Shown piece by piece: positions 18,991-27,876 of a stretch of 64,000 nt of DNA. Below the pieces are notes generated by a model. That model had not been told where the DNA came from. It did not search any database and saw only the letters and a program-made list of their open reading frames with translations. Location of the stretch: positions 352,001 through 416,000 of the forward strand of contig CAWGVS010000006.1 of NCBI GenBank assembly GCA_963826115.1. The letters are read 5' to 3'. Each line of letters begins with the position of its first letter. Position 1 is the first letter of the stretch. The stretch comes from an uncultured Candidatus Rokubacteria bacterium (GTDB lineage Bacteria; Methylomirabilota; Methylomirabilia; Rokubacteriales; DASRDR01). Made by a program: the position numbers and the translations under genes.

Positions 18991-19962
18991 ATGCGTGTGC
19001 CTCCGCCGCCCGCGCCCGCCCGGCCCGCCGCCGACGAGGCGCCCGTGCCCGCGACGCTCGCGCGCGCGGCCGAGCCCGGCCGCGCGCGCTGGCACGCGCA
19101 CGGGTTCAACCGCTCGGGGTACTACCAGCTCGCGGCCGCCGCGGCGCGCGGACTGCCCCGGCCGCTGCGGACGCGGATCGCCGGGCGACTGGGCCGCCTC
19201 TTGATGGCGTGCTTCTCCGCGGAGCGCGCGGCGGTCAGGCGGAACCTCGCACGGGTCCATCCGGGTCGCGAGCCGGCGTGGCTCGACGGCGCGGTCGCCC
19301 AGGTGTTCGCGCGCTTCGGCGTCTGCTTCGCCGACCTCCTGTCCCTGAACCGGGGACCGGACGCGGAGATCTGGCGGCACGTGACGGGACTCGAGACCAT
19401 GGATCCGGCGAGCGCCGCCGTGACCCGCGGGCGCGGCTGCGTGACGCTCACCGCGCACCTCGGGAACTGGGAGCTCGCGGGCCGGCTCCTGCCCGTCACC
19501 GGCCGCCCGGTGCACGTGGTCATGGCCCCCGAGGCGAATCCCGGCGTGGACGCGCTGCTCGCGCGCGGCGCGCGCCGCGGCGTGCGATTCGTGCGCCTGA
19601 CGAGCCCGATGGTCGGGGTCGAGCTGGTGGCCGCGCTGCGGCGCGGCGAGGTCGTGGCGTTTCAGGTCGACCGCGGCGTCGGCGGGCGCGGCGACGCCGC
19701 GGTGCCGTTCTTCGGCGCGCCGGCGCGGTTTCCGATCGGGCCGTTCGTGATGGCGGCGGCGGCGGGCGCGCCGGTGGTCTCGGCGTTCTGTGTCCTCGAG
19801 CGGAACGGCCGCTACCGGCTCCACACGGAGCCGCCGTTCTACGTGGCCCGCGGCGCCGAGGAGACCGCGCTGCGCGCCGTGGCGGGGACGCTGGAGCGGT
19901 ACGTCCGCGCCCACTGGGACCAGTGGTTCAACTTCTACGACGTCTGGGAGCCGGCGGCGTGA
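18991..19962 (+). CDS. LpxL/HtrB-family (lipid A lauroyl-type) acyltransferase
   Basis: TAHLGNWE, VAFQVDR, PFFG..ARFPIGP, C-terminal QWFNFYDVW as in aryl-polyene-cluster acyltransferases. Confidence 0.85.
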   Translation: MRVPPPPAPARPAADEAPVPATLARAAEPGRARWHAHGFNRSGYYQLAAAAARGLPRPLRTRIAGRLGRLLMACFSAERAAVRRNLARVHPGREPAWLDGAVAQVFARFGVCFADLLSLNRGPDAEIWRHVTGLETMDPASAAVTRGRGCVTLTAHLGNWELAGRLLPVTGRPVHVVMAPEANPGVDALLARGARRGVRFVRLTSPMVGVELVAALRRGEVVAFQVDRGVGGRGDAAVPFFGAPARFPIGPFVMAAAAGAPVVSAFCVLERNGRYRLHTEPPFYVARGAEETALRAVAGTLERYVRAHWDQWFNFYDVWEPAA

Positions 19963-21200
19963 CGGGCCCCTTCGCGCCGCGCGTCTCGCCGATCGCGATC
20001 AGCGGCGCCGGCGCGGTGACGGCGATCGGCCAGGATCTCGACGGCTTCTGGGCCGGGTTGGTCACGGGCGCGTCGGGGATCAGCGAGATCGAGCGCTTCC
20101 CCGTGGCCGACCTGCGCGTCACGCGGGGCGGAGAGATCAAGAAGCTCCGCCGCGACCTCCCCGCGCCGCCGGCCGGGGGGGCCGCGCGATCCCGCCGCGG
20201 CGCCTACTGCCGGACGTCGGACTTCCTCGTCCATGCCGCCCGGGAGGCGCTCGAGACGGCCGCCCTCCGCGAGGGCCTGCCGGAGGCGGGCCGGCTGGCC
20301 GTCGTCGTCGGCACCGCGCTGGGCGGGATCGACGAGGCGAGCCGCGGCCTCGCCGCGCCGCGCGCGCTGAGCTCGCTGACCGGCTCCGCGTACGACGGTC
20401 CCACCCGCAACCTCGCCCGGTGGCTCGGGGCGCGGGGCCCGGTCCTGACCGTGACGACGGCCTGCGCATCCGGGGCTGCCAGCCTCGGCCTCGGCGCGGA
20501 CCTCCTGCGGACGGGCCAGGCGGACGTCGTGGTGGCCGGCGGAGCGGACGCCCTGTGCCGGTTCGTCCAGCGCGGCTTCAACGTGCTGCGATCCCTCACG
20601 CGCGACGCCGTGCGGCCCTTCGATCGACGCCGCAGCGGGCTCCTCCTCGGCGAGGGCGCGGGTCTGGTCGTGCTCGAGCGGCCCGACGCCGCGGTGCGCC
20701 GCGGGCACCGGCCGCTCGGCTACCTCCTGGGTCACGCCAGCACGGCCGACGGCGCCCATATCACCGCGCCGGACCCCGAGGGGCGAGGCCTCGAGCTCGC
20801 CGTGCGGACCGCCCTCGCGGAGGCCGGGCTCGCGCCCGACGCCATCGATCTCGTGAGCGCACACGGCACCGGGACATCGGCGAACGACCGCGTCGAGACC
20901 GAGGTGCTGAAGCGCGTCCTCGGCCGCCGCGCCCACGCCATCCCCGTGAACTCCATCAAGGCCCACCTCGGGCACACGATGGGCGCCGCCGCGACCCTCG
21001 AGGCGATCATGTGCCTGCTCGCGGCCCGGCACGGCCAGGTGCCGCCGACGCTCAACTACGGCGAGCCGGATCCCGCCTGCGACCTGGACTGCGTCCCGAA
21101 CGCGGCGCGACCCTGGCCCTCCCGGGTGAGCCTGTCGACCTCGCTGGGATTCGGCGGCTGCAATGCCGCGCTGGTCCTCGCCGGGGGAGAGGGCCGGTGA
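19959..21200 (+). CDS. Beta-ketoacyl-ACP synthase (KS1, FabF/type II PKS), catalytically intact
   Basis: GTGA overlap; TACASG, RPFDRRRSG...GEGAG, SAHGTGT, KAHLGHTMGAA, SLGFGG. Confidence 0.9.
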   Translation: MTGPFAPRVSPIAISGAGAVTAIGQDLDGFWAGLVTGASGISEIERFPVADLRVTRGGEIKKLRRDLPAPPAGGAARSRRGAYCRTSDFLVHAAREALETAALREGLPEAGRLAVVVGTALGGIDEASRGLAAPRALSSLTGSAYDGPTRNLARWLGARGPVLTVTTACASGAASLGLGADLLRTGQADVVVAGGADALCRFVQRGFNVLRSLTRDAVRPFDRRRSGLLLGEGAGLVVLERPDAAVRRGHRPLGYLLGHASTADGAHITAPDPEGRGLELAVRTALAEAGLAPDAIDLVSAHGTGTSANDRVETEVLKRVLGRRAHAIPVNSIKAHLGHTMGAAATLEAIMCLLAARHGQVPPTLNYGEPDPACDLDCVPNAARPWPSRVSLSTSLGFGGCNAALVLAGGEGR

Positions 21201-22150
21201 ACGCTCCGGCCGTCCAGCCGGCGGTCGGGGACCCGCCGGCGCCTCGGATCCGCGGGGTGGGGATGATCACGGGGTGGGGCGAGGGCGTCGCGGCCCTCCC
21301 GGACACGCCGCCGAGCGGGGTCGAGCGAGGGCGCGGGCTGATCACGGCGCCGACCCCCGTCCTCGACGGGGACCGGTTCCGGCGCGCCTCGCGGGAGTGC
21401 CTCCTCGCCGTCGCGGCCGCCAAGGCGGCGGTGGCCGACGCCGGACTCGCCGAGGCGGCGCTGGCCGGCCCGCGAACGGGTATCCTGTACGTGAGCGCCA
21501 CCGGGTACGCCGCGGCGAACCGGGCGTTCCTCGAGGACGAAGCGTCCACGACGCTGCACTTCCCGTACACGTCACCCAGCGCGGTGCCCGGGGAGGTGAC
21601 GATCGAGCTTGGAATCCGCGGGCCGTACGTGAACCTGATGGGTGGCGGGCCGGCGACCCTCGAGGCGCTCTGGTGGGCGGCGCGCTGGCTGGCCGAGGGC
21701 CGCGCCGACCGGGTGCTCGTGCTGGCCATGGAAGCGTTCCACGAGGTGCGGGACCTCTTCGGTCGGGCACGACGACTCTACGTCGGGCCGCTCGTAGAGG
21801 GCGCGGCCTGTCTCCTGCTCGAGCCGGAGACGGGAGGGACCGTGCGCTGGGCAACGGCCCTGGCCGGGTCCGGCGGCACGCGGCGGGCGGTGGCCGCGGT
21901 GCTCGGGCGGGTGCTGGGGGACGAACGGCCCGGTCTCGTATGGAGCGGCGCCACGGGAACGAGCCGGCAGGTCGCGGAGGGGGAGATCCTCGCGGCGCGG
22001 GGCGCGCCCTCCCCGGCGCCGCGCTTCGGCGAGGCACTCGCCATGGGCCCGCTGCTCGCGCTGGCGCGGACCGGCGCCGGGGGCCGGCCCCCCTGGCTCC
22101 TCACCGCCACGTGGCGCAGCGAATACGCGGCGCTCCTCTGGGCCCGCTAG
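21197..22150 (+). CDS. Chain-length-factor-like ketosynthase partner (CLF1), non-catalytic and shortened
   Basis: GTGA overlap; FRRASRECLLA, FPYTSPSA, I.GP..NL, EGAA. Catalytic Cys position aligns to Gly (NLMGGGPA); no HGTGT. Confidence 0.75.
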   Translation: MNAPAVQPAVGDPPAPRIRGVGMITGWGEGVAALPDTPPSGVERGRGLITAPTPVLDGDRFRRASRECLLAVAAAKAAVADAGLAEAALAGPRTGILYVSATGYAAANRAFLEDEASTTLHFPYTSPSAVPGEVTIELGIRGPYVNLMGGGPATLEALWWAARWLAEGRADRVLVLAMEAFHEVRDLFGRARRLYVGPLVEGAACLLLEPETGGTVRWATALAGSGGTRRAVAAVLGRVLGDERPGLVWSGATGTSRQVAEGEILAARGAPSPAPRFGEALAMGPLLALARTGAGGRPPWLLTATWRSEYAALLWAR

Positions 22151-22169
22151 CAGCGATACGGGAGGACGG

Positions 22170-22445
22170 ATGGACGAGCAAGCGATCATCGCGGAGCTGC
22201 GCGACATCGTCGTCAAGCGGCTCCGGTTCGATCCCGCGCGACTGACCGCGCTGAGCGCGGAGACGCCGCTCCCCAAGGGCGTCCCCGGCGCCCTCGGGCT
22301 CGACTCCCTCGACTTCATCGAGCTGTCGATCGCGCTCGAGGAGCGGTTCGGCATCGTGATCCAGGAAGGGGAGGACGTGGCGGCCCACTTCGGGACGTTC
22401 GGCGCCCTGGTGCGCTTCGTGGGCGCGCGGGCGCAAGGAGCATGA
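22170..22445 (+). CDS. Acyl carrier protein
   Basis: LGLDSLDFIELSIALEERFGI phosphopantetheine motif; GGAGG RBS. Confidence 0.92.
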   Translation: MDEQAIIAELRDIVVKRLRFDPARLTALSAETPLPKGVPGALGLDSLDFIELSIALEERFGIVIQEGEDVAAHFGTFGALVRFVGARAQGA

Positions 22446-22452
22446 GCGCGGC

Positions 22453-23670
22453 GTGAGGTGCGTCCTCGTCACCGGGCTCGGTGTCGTCAGCCCGTACGGC
22501 GCGGGGCGGAGCGCGTTCTGGGCGGGCCTGGCGGCGGGGCGGTGCGCCATCGGGCCGATCGACCTCTTCGACACCGCGGGGTTTCGCGCGCGCATCGGCG
22601 CCCAGGTGCCGGCCGACGTGGACCTCCACCGCATCTCGCGGCGCCGCTCGCGCGCGGACCGGTTCGGGATCGCGGCGGCGGACGAGGCGGTCCAGGACGC
22701 GGGCCTGTCCCGGGCCGAGCTCAGACCGGCCGCGGTGATCGTCGGCGGCATCGGCGGCGGCATGCTGGAGACCGAGGCCTGGTTCTGGCAGCGCGAGCGC
22801 GACGGCGTCGACGATCCGAAGCTCCGGGCCTCCCTGCGGACCGTCCTGCCGTTCTCGCACGCCGACATCGTCGCGCGCCGCTACGGGACGACGGGCCCCA
22901 AGGAGACCGTGGTGCTCGCCTGCAGCTCCGGCGGGGCGGCGCTTGGGCTCGCGGCGGAGCTGGTGGCCTCGGGCGAGGTGCCGCTGGCCCTCGCGGGGGG
23001 TGTCGACGCGATGACCCGTATCTGCTTCATGGGCTTCAACGCGCTCAAGCTGCTCGACCCCGAGCCCTGCCGCCCGTTCTCCCAGGACCGCCGGGGCATG
23101 TCGCTCGGCGAGGGCGCGGGCTTTGTCGTGCTGGAGGACGCGTCCCACGCCCGGGCGCGCGGCGCGCGCGGCTACGCGGAGCTGGCCGGCTACGGGCTGA
23201 CGACGGACGCCTGGCACCTCACGTCGCCGCACCCGGACGGCGAGGGGAGCGGGCGCGCGATGGCGGAAGCGCTCGACCGAGGGGGAGTTCCCGCGAGCGC
23301 CGTGCAGTACGTGAACGCCCACGGGACCGGGACACCGCAGAACGACCGGGTCGAGGCGGCCGCCCTCAAGAAGCTCTTCGATCCGGACGCGGTGCTCGTG
23401 AGCGCCAACAAGTCCCTCGTGGGCCACGCGATGGCGGCGGCCGGCGCGATCGAAGCGATTGCCACCGTGCTCACGCTGGTCCACCAGCTGATCCCGCCGA
23501 CCGCCAATCTCACCGTGCCGGATCCCGAGATCGGCTTCGACTGCGTGCCCACCGTCGCGCGCTCCGCGCCGATGGAGTGCGCCCTGTCGAACTCCTTCGG
23601 GTTCGGTGGCCAGAACCTGAGCCTCCTGTTCCGGCGCGTGGCGGTGTCACGGAGCGTCGATGGCGCCTGA
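22453..23670 (+). CDS. Beta-ketoacyl-ACP synthase (KS2), catalytically intact
   Basis: VLVTGLG, LACSSG, GEGAG, NAHGTGT, KSLVGHAMAAAG, SNSFGFGG. Confidence 0.92.
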   Translation: MRCVLVTGLGVVSPYGAGRSAFWAGLAAGRCAIGPIDLFDTAGFRARIGAQVPADVDLHRISRRRSRADRFGIAAADEAVQDAGLSRAELRPAAVIVGGIGGGMLETEAWFWQRERDGVDDPKLRASLRTVLPFSHADIVARRYGTTGPKETVVLACSSGGAALGLAAELVASGEVPLALAGGVDAMTRICFMGFNALKLLDPEPCRPFSQDRRGMSLGEGAGFVVLEDASHARARGARGYAELAGYGLTTDAWHLTSPHPDGEGSGRAMAEALDRGGVPASAVQYVNAHGTGTPQNDRVEAAALKKLFDPDAVLVSANKSLVGHAMAAAGAIEAIATVLTLVHQLIPPTANLTVPDPEIGFDCVPTVARSAPMECALSNSFGFGGQNLSLLFRRVAVSRSVDGA

Positions 23671-24925
23671 CCGTACCGAGCAGGCCCGGCCGAGGATCGT
23701 GGTCACGGGCATCGGCAGCGTGAGCGCGATCGCCGCGGGCACCGGATCCCTCGTGGCGGCGGCGCTCGCCCGGGGGCACTCCGGCATCGGCCCGGTCCAG
23801 GGCTTCCCGACGGACGGGTACGCGAGCCGTCTCGGCGCCGAGGCGGCCGACGTCGGGGCGCACCTCCAGGATGGCGAGGCGCGCCGGCTGTCCCGGGCCA
23901 GCCAGCTGGCGGTGGTCGCCGCCCGGTTCGCCCTGACGGACGCGGGGCTGTCGCCGGACCCGCAGCCGCCCATCGGGCTCGTGCTCGGATCGCACTGGGG
24001 CGACTTCCGCTCGTCGGTGAGCTTCGTCCGGGGGTTCCTCGAGCGCGGGATCCTCGGGCTCTCGCCGCTCGTCTTCCCGAACACGGTGCTGAACGCGGTC
24101 GCCGCGCAGGTGTCCATCGCCGCAGGGGTGCGCGGCCCCATGCTCACGCTCAGCGAGCTGGACGTGGCCGGCGAGCTGGCGGTAGCGCGCGGCGCCGCCC
24201 TCATCGCCGCGGGCCGGGCGAGCGTCGTCCTGGCGGGCGGGTGGGACGAGCTCTCGCCGGTCCTCTACCGCGAGCTGTGCCGGCTCGGCACCGTGTCTTC
24301 CCGCGAGCCGGGACCCGAGGGGTGCTGGCCGTTCGATCGCCGGGCGAACGGGACGGTCCTGGGCGAGGGCGCGACGTTTCTCGTGCTGGAGGCGGCGGAT
24401 GCCGCTCGCGCTCGGGGGGCGCGCGTCTATGCCGAGCTGGTCGGGGCGGCGTCGGGCAACCTGCCGGGTGCGGCGCACGGCTTCCCCCCGCCGCGACGCC
24501 GGGAGCCCGCGGTGGTGCGCCGCGCGCTCGCGGCCGCCGGGGTTGCCGCGGCGGAAGTGGAGGTCGCGTACCTCACGGGGGCCGGCCATCCGGCGCACGA
24601 CGCCTGTGAGCTCGACCTGGTGACGCGGGCGCTCGGCCCCGCGCCGACCCGCCTCACCGCGCTCACGCCGCTGGTCGGCGAGCACGCGGGCCTGAGCGGG
24701 CTCCGGGCCGCGGCGGCGGCGCTCGCGGTGGCCGGGGCCGACGTGCCCGCGCTGCCCGATCTCGCCGACCCGATCCGGCCCGACCTTCGCCTGGTGACCG
24801 GGACCTATGCCGGCCGGTCCCCGGACCCACCGGCGACCGCGCTGGTCCACGGGCTGGCCCGCGGCGGCAGCCACGTCGCGCTCGTGTTCCGGGCTGCCGA
24901 CGGGGACCGGCGGCGCGCGGCATGA
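23660..24925 (+). CDS. Chain-length-factor-like ketosynthase partner (CLF2), non-catalytic
   Basis: IVVTGIG, SPLVFPNTVLNA, WPFDRRANG..LGEGA. Cys aligns to Asp (LSELDVAG); both catalytic His motifs are altered (YLTGAG, LVGEHA). Confidence 0.8.
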   Translation: MAPDRTEQARPRIVVTGIGSVSAIAAGTGSLVAAALARGHSGIGPVQGFPTDGYASRLGAEAADVGAHLQDGEARRLSRASQLAVVAARFALTDAGLSPDPQPPIGLVLGSHWGDFRSSVSFVRGFLERGILGLSPLVFPNTVLNAVAAQVSIAAGVRGPMLTLSELDVAGELAVARGAALIAAGRASVVLAGGWDELSPVLYRELCRLGTVSSREPGPEGCWPFDRRANGTVLGEGATFLVLEAADAARARGARVYAELVGAASGNLPGAAHGFPPPRRREPAVVRRALAAAGVAAAEVEVAYLTGAGHPAHDACELDLVTRALGPAPTRLTALTPLVGEHAGLSGLRAAAAALAVAGADVPALPDLADPIRPDLRLVTGTYAGRSPDPPATALVHGLARGGSHVALVFRAADGDRRRAA

Positions 24926-25692
24926 CCGGCGGGCTGTGGGCCGTGGTCCCGGTGTTCGACGAGGGGCGCACGCTCGGGCGGGTCGTGGAGCGGCTCCGTG
25001 CCTACTGTCCCGTGATCGTCGTGGACGACGCCTCGACCGACGGCAGCGCCGACGTCGCGGCGCGGGCGGGCGCCGCCGAGGTCCTCCGTCACGCGCGCCG
25101 GGAGGGCAAGGGCGCCGCGCTCCGGACCGGCTTCCGCATCGCGCTCGAGCGCGGGGCGACCGCCGTCGCGACCCTGGACGGGGACGGCCAGCACGACCCC
25201 GAGGACCTGCCGCGCCTGCTCGCTGCTCACGCGCGGACCCCGGACGCCCTCGTGCTGGGCGATCGGCTGGGCCCCGCCGCCGGCGACCCGATCCCGCCGC
25301 TCCGACGCGCGGCGATTCGGACGGCGGACCGGACCCTCGGGCCGCTGCTCTCCGCGCGGCTCTCGGACAGCCAGTGCGGGTTCCGGATCTATCCCGGCGC
25401 GTTCTTGCGCAGCGTGCCGCTGGGCGAGGAGGGATTCGTCCTCGAGACGGAGGCGCTGGTCCGGGCGGCCCGCGCGGGCCATCCGCTCATCTCGATCCCG
25501 ATCCGGTCCGTGTACCTCCGGGGGCGCCGGAGTCGCTTCCACGCCGTGCTGGACGTGGCGCGGATCGCCCGGTACCTCGTGCGCGCCTCCCTCGGCGACC
25601 GCTCGGGCGCCACGGCGCGGCCGGTGCCCGTGGCGCGCGACGTGCGCCTCGCGCCCGATCTCCGAACGACTGTGAACGCGTCGGGCGCCTGA
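24922..25692 (+). CDS. Glycosyltransferase family 2 (DPM1-like, lipid acceptor)
   Basis: ATGA overlap; VVPVFDE, VDDASTD, GKGAAL, LDGDGQH, DSQCGFR. Confidence 0.88.
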   Translation: MTGGLWAVVPVFDEGRTLGRVVERLRAYCPVIVVDDASTDGSADVAARAGAAEVLRHARREGKGAALRTGFRIALERGATAVATLDGDGQHDPEDLPRLLAAHARTPDALVLGDRLGPAAGDPIPPLRRAAIRTADRTLGPLLSARLSDSQCGFRIYPGAFLRSVPLGEEGFVLETEALVRAARAGHPLISIPIRSVYLRGRRSRFHAVLDVARIARYLVRASLGDRSGATARPVPVARDVRLAPDLRTTVNASGA

Positions 25693-25731
25693 GCGGGCCC
25701 GGGCGCCGATCGCAGTGGGATCGTCCCGATC

Positions 25732-26937
25732 GTGGTGACGGGGGCCGGCGTGCCGCGCCGGCGGCGGCTGTTCCCCCGCGGCTATGGCTTCGCGGTCGCC
25801 GGCATCGCGGTCGGGATGGCCGGACTGGTGGCGCTCGGCGCGCTCTCCGATCGCCTCAGTCGCTTCATCGACGGCGGACACCGCTTCGTCCTGGGGCAGA
25901 TCTCGGTGGCGGGCGCCGGGATCGGAACGGGCGCCGGGTTCACCGCGGGAGGGCTCCTGCGCCGGCAGACCATCGAGGCGATCCGACGCGTCCCCGGGGT
26001 GGCGGCCGTCCAGGCGCAGGTGATGCTGCCGCTGAACCCGTCGACGTCGCAGCTCTTCTCCGTGAACCAGGAGCTCGTCGTGGGCACGGACTTCGGGGTT
26101 CCGTCGCCCAACCGGAACTACCCGACCTATCCCATCGCCGAGGGGCGCGCTCTCACCGCGGGCGACCGCGGGCGGGTCGTGGTCGGGGCCGAGCTGGCCG
26201 CGGGGCGCGGGCTCCATCCCGGCGCCCGGCTGCGGATCGCCGAGCGGGACTTCGAGGTCATCGGGGTGGGGGAGCGCCTGCTCACGGCGCCCGACCGCTT
26301 CGCCCAGGTGACGATCGAGGACGCCCGCGAGCTGTGGCTCGCCCTCGACCCGACGCTCCGCGCCCTGTTCATGACCGGGATCCTCGCGCCGACCGACGTG
26401 AACAGCGGCGCGGCGGTAGGATGGGCCGCGGGCGTCGATCCCGACTCCCTGGCCGAGCGCATCCGGCGGGAGGTGCAGGGTGTCAACGTCGTCGCGCCGG
26501 GCGAGGTGGCGCGCCAGCTCGCGGGATCGACGGCGTTCTTCTCCTGGCTCATGGCCGGCGTCACGGGAATCGGCCTCCTGATCGGCGGGCTCTCCCTGTC
26601 GAACACCGTCGCCGCGGGGACCTTCGAGCGGATCCGCGACTTCGGGATCAAGCAGGCGCTCGGGGCCACGGACCTCCGGCTCCTGGGTGAGGTCCTCCGG
26701 GAGAGCCTGGCGGTCAGCCTCGCCGGCGGCGTCCTGGGCACGGTCCTCGCGGTGCTGGGCGGGACGGCGGTCGACACGCGCGCGGGGCAGGCGGGCCAGC
26801 GGCTGTTCCTGTTCTCGCCCCGGCTCGTGGTCTTCTCGCTCGGATTCGCGGTGGTCCTGGGCGCGATCGCGGGCGCGTACGCGACGGTGCGGATCCTGCG
26901 CCTCTCGCCGGCCGAGGCGATCCGCCGTGGCGCCTGA
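25732..26937 (+). CDS. ABC transporter permease, MacB/FtsX/LolE family
   Basis: N-terminal TM, large periplasmic loop, ERIRDFGIKQALGA, C-terminal TMs, LSPAEAIR. Confidence 0.85.
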   Translation: MVTGAGVPRRRRLFPRGYGFAVAGIAVGMAGLVALGALSDRLSRFIDGGHRFVLGQISVAGAGIGTGAGFTAGGLLRRQTIEAIRRVPGVAAVQAQVMLPLNPSTSQLFSVNQELVVGTDFGVPSPNRNYPTYPIAEGRALTAGDRGRVVVGAELAAGRGLHPGARLRIAERDFEVIGVGERLLTAPDRFAQVTIEDARELWLALDPTLRALFMTGILAPTDVNSGAAVGWAAGVDPDSLAERIRREVQGVNVVAPGEVARQLAGSTAFFSWLMAGVTGIGLLIGGLSLSNTVAAGTFERIRDFGIKQALGATDLRLLGEVLRESLAVSLAGGVLGTVLAVLGGTAVDTRAGQAGQRLFLFSPRLVVFSLGFAVVLGAIAGAYATVRILRLSPAEAIRRGA

Positions 26938-27643
26938 GTCCGTGGCGGCCGGGGGGCCCCCCCTCCTCCGAGCCCGCGGGCTGACCAAGCGCTTCGGAAC
27001 GCCGGACGGGCGGGTGCTCGAGGTACTCCGCGGGATCGACCTCGCGCTGGCGCCCGGCGAGGTCGTGGCCGTGATCGGACGCTCCGGCTCGGGCAAGTCC
27101 ACGCTGCTGAACCTCCTCGGCTGCCTCGACCGCTGCGACGGGGGCGAGCTCTGGTTCGGCGACGAGCGGCTGACGGAGGCGGGGCGGCGGGCCCTGGCCG
27201 CCTTTCGCGGCCGCCGCCTCGGCTTCGTCTTCCAGAGCTACAACCTCATCCCGGAGCTCACGGCGCGGGAGAACGTGCTCCTGGCCGCGCGCTACGTGGG
27301 GCGCCCGCGAGGGGAGGCCGAGGCGGCCGCGCGGCGCCTGCTGGAGCGCCTGTCCGTCTGGGAGCGCGCGGAGCAGTACCCGCCGACGCTGTCGGGGGGC
27401 GAGCAGCAGCGTGTTGCGTTCTGCCGGGCGGTGCTCAACGATCCGGCGGTGATCCTGGCCGACGAGCCGACGGGCAACCTGGACGCGGAGAACGCCGCCG
27501 TGCTGCTGGCCGAGCTCAGGTCGCGGGCGCACGAGGGCCGCGCAGCGGTGCTCCTGGTGACCCACAGCGCGGAGGTCGCCCGCGCCGCGGACCGCACGCT
27601 GATCCTGGTGGATGGCCAGCTGGTGGAGAACTTGCCGACCTGA
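26927..27643 (+). CDS. ABC ATP-binding protein (LolD/MacB-type)
   Basis: GRSGSGKST, GFVFQSYNL, LSGGEQQRVA, LADEPTGNLD, VTHS. Confidence 0.9.
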   Translation: MAPESVAAGGPPLLRARGLTKRFGTPDGRVLEVLRGIDLALAPGEVVAVIGRSGSGKSTLLNLLGCLDRCDGGELWFGDERLTEAGRRALAAFRGRRLGFVFQSYNLIPELTARENVLLAARYVGRPRGEAEAAARRLLERLSVWERAEQYPPTLSGGEQQRVAFCRAVLNDPAVILADEPTGNLDAENAAVLLAELRSRAHEGRAAVLLVTHSAEVARAADRTLILVDGQLVENLPT

Positions 27644-27876
27644 CAGCGTCTTACTCCTGCCCTCGGCGCCGCGCGATGGGCTACTCACTGGGCTTAGTTG
27701 AGTACATTTCATTCGAATTGTTGCGAAGATCATGAGGGGCTGGGCCACATGAAGTGCAAAGTCCCGAACCCCGCAGAGGGTTTCGTCTTGCTCACTTGCG
27801 AGAGAGCCTCTACAGTAAGGGCCGTCGGCCATGTGACGGTCGCAGCACCAATCGGGAACGGCGAGGTGTACGCAAG

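Noticed and set aside
18378-19958. Apparent 940-aa KS with a long N-terminal extension
   Set aside because: The extension overlaps two real genes in other frames. The true start is GTG 19959, overlapping the acyltransferase stop.
27741-27757. Possible sigma54 site TGGGCC...GTGC
   Set aside because: GG-to-GC spacing is 11 rather than 10 and the match to consensus is poor.
27750-27850. Possible c-di-GMP riboswitch (GCAAAG motif)
   Set aside because: The GEMM P1/P2 stems and tetraloop/receptor could not be built by eye; an Rfam scan is needed.
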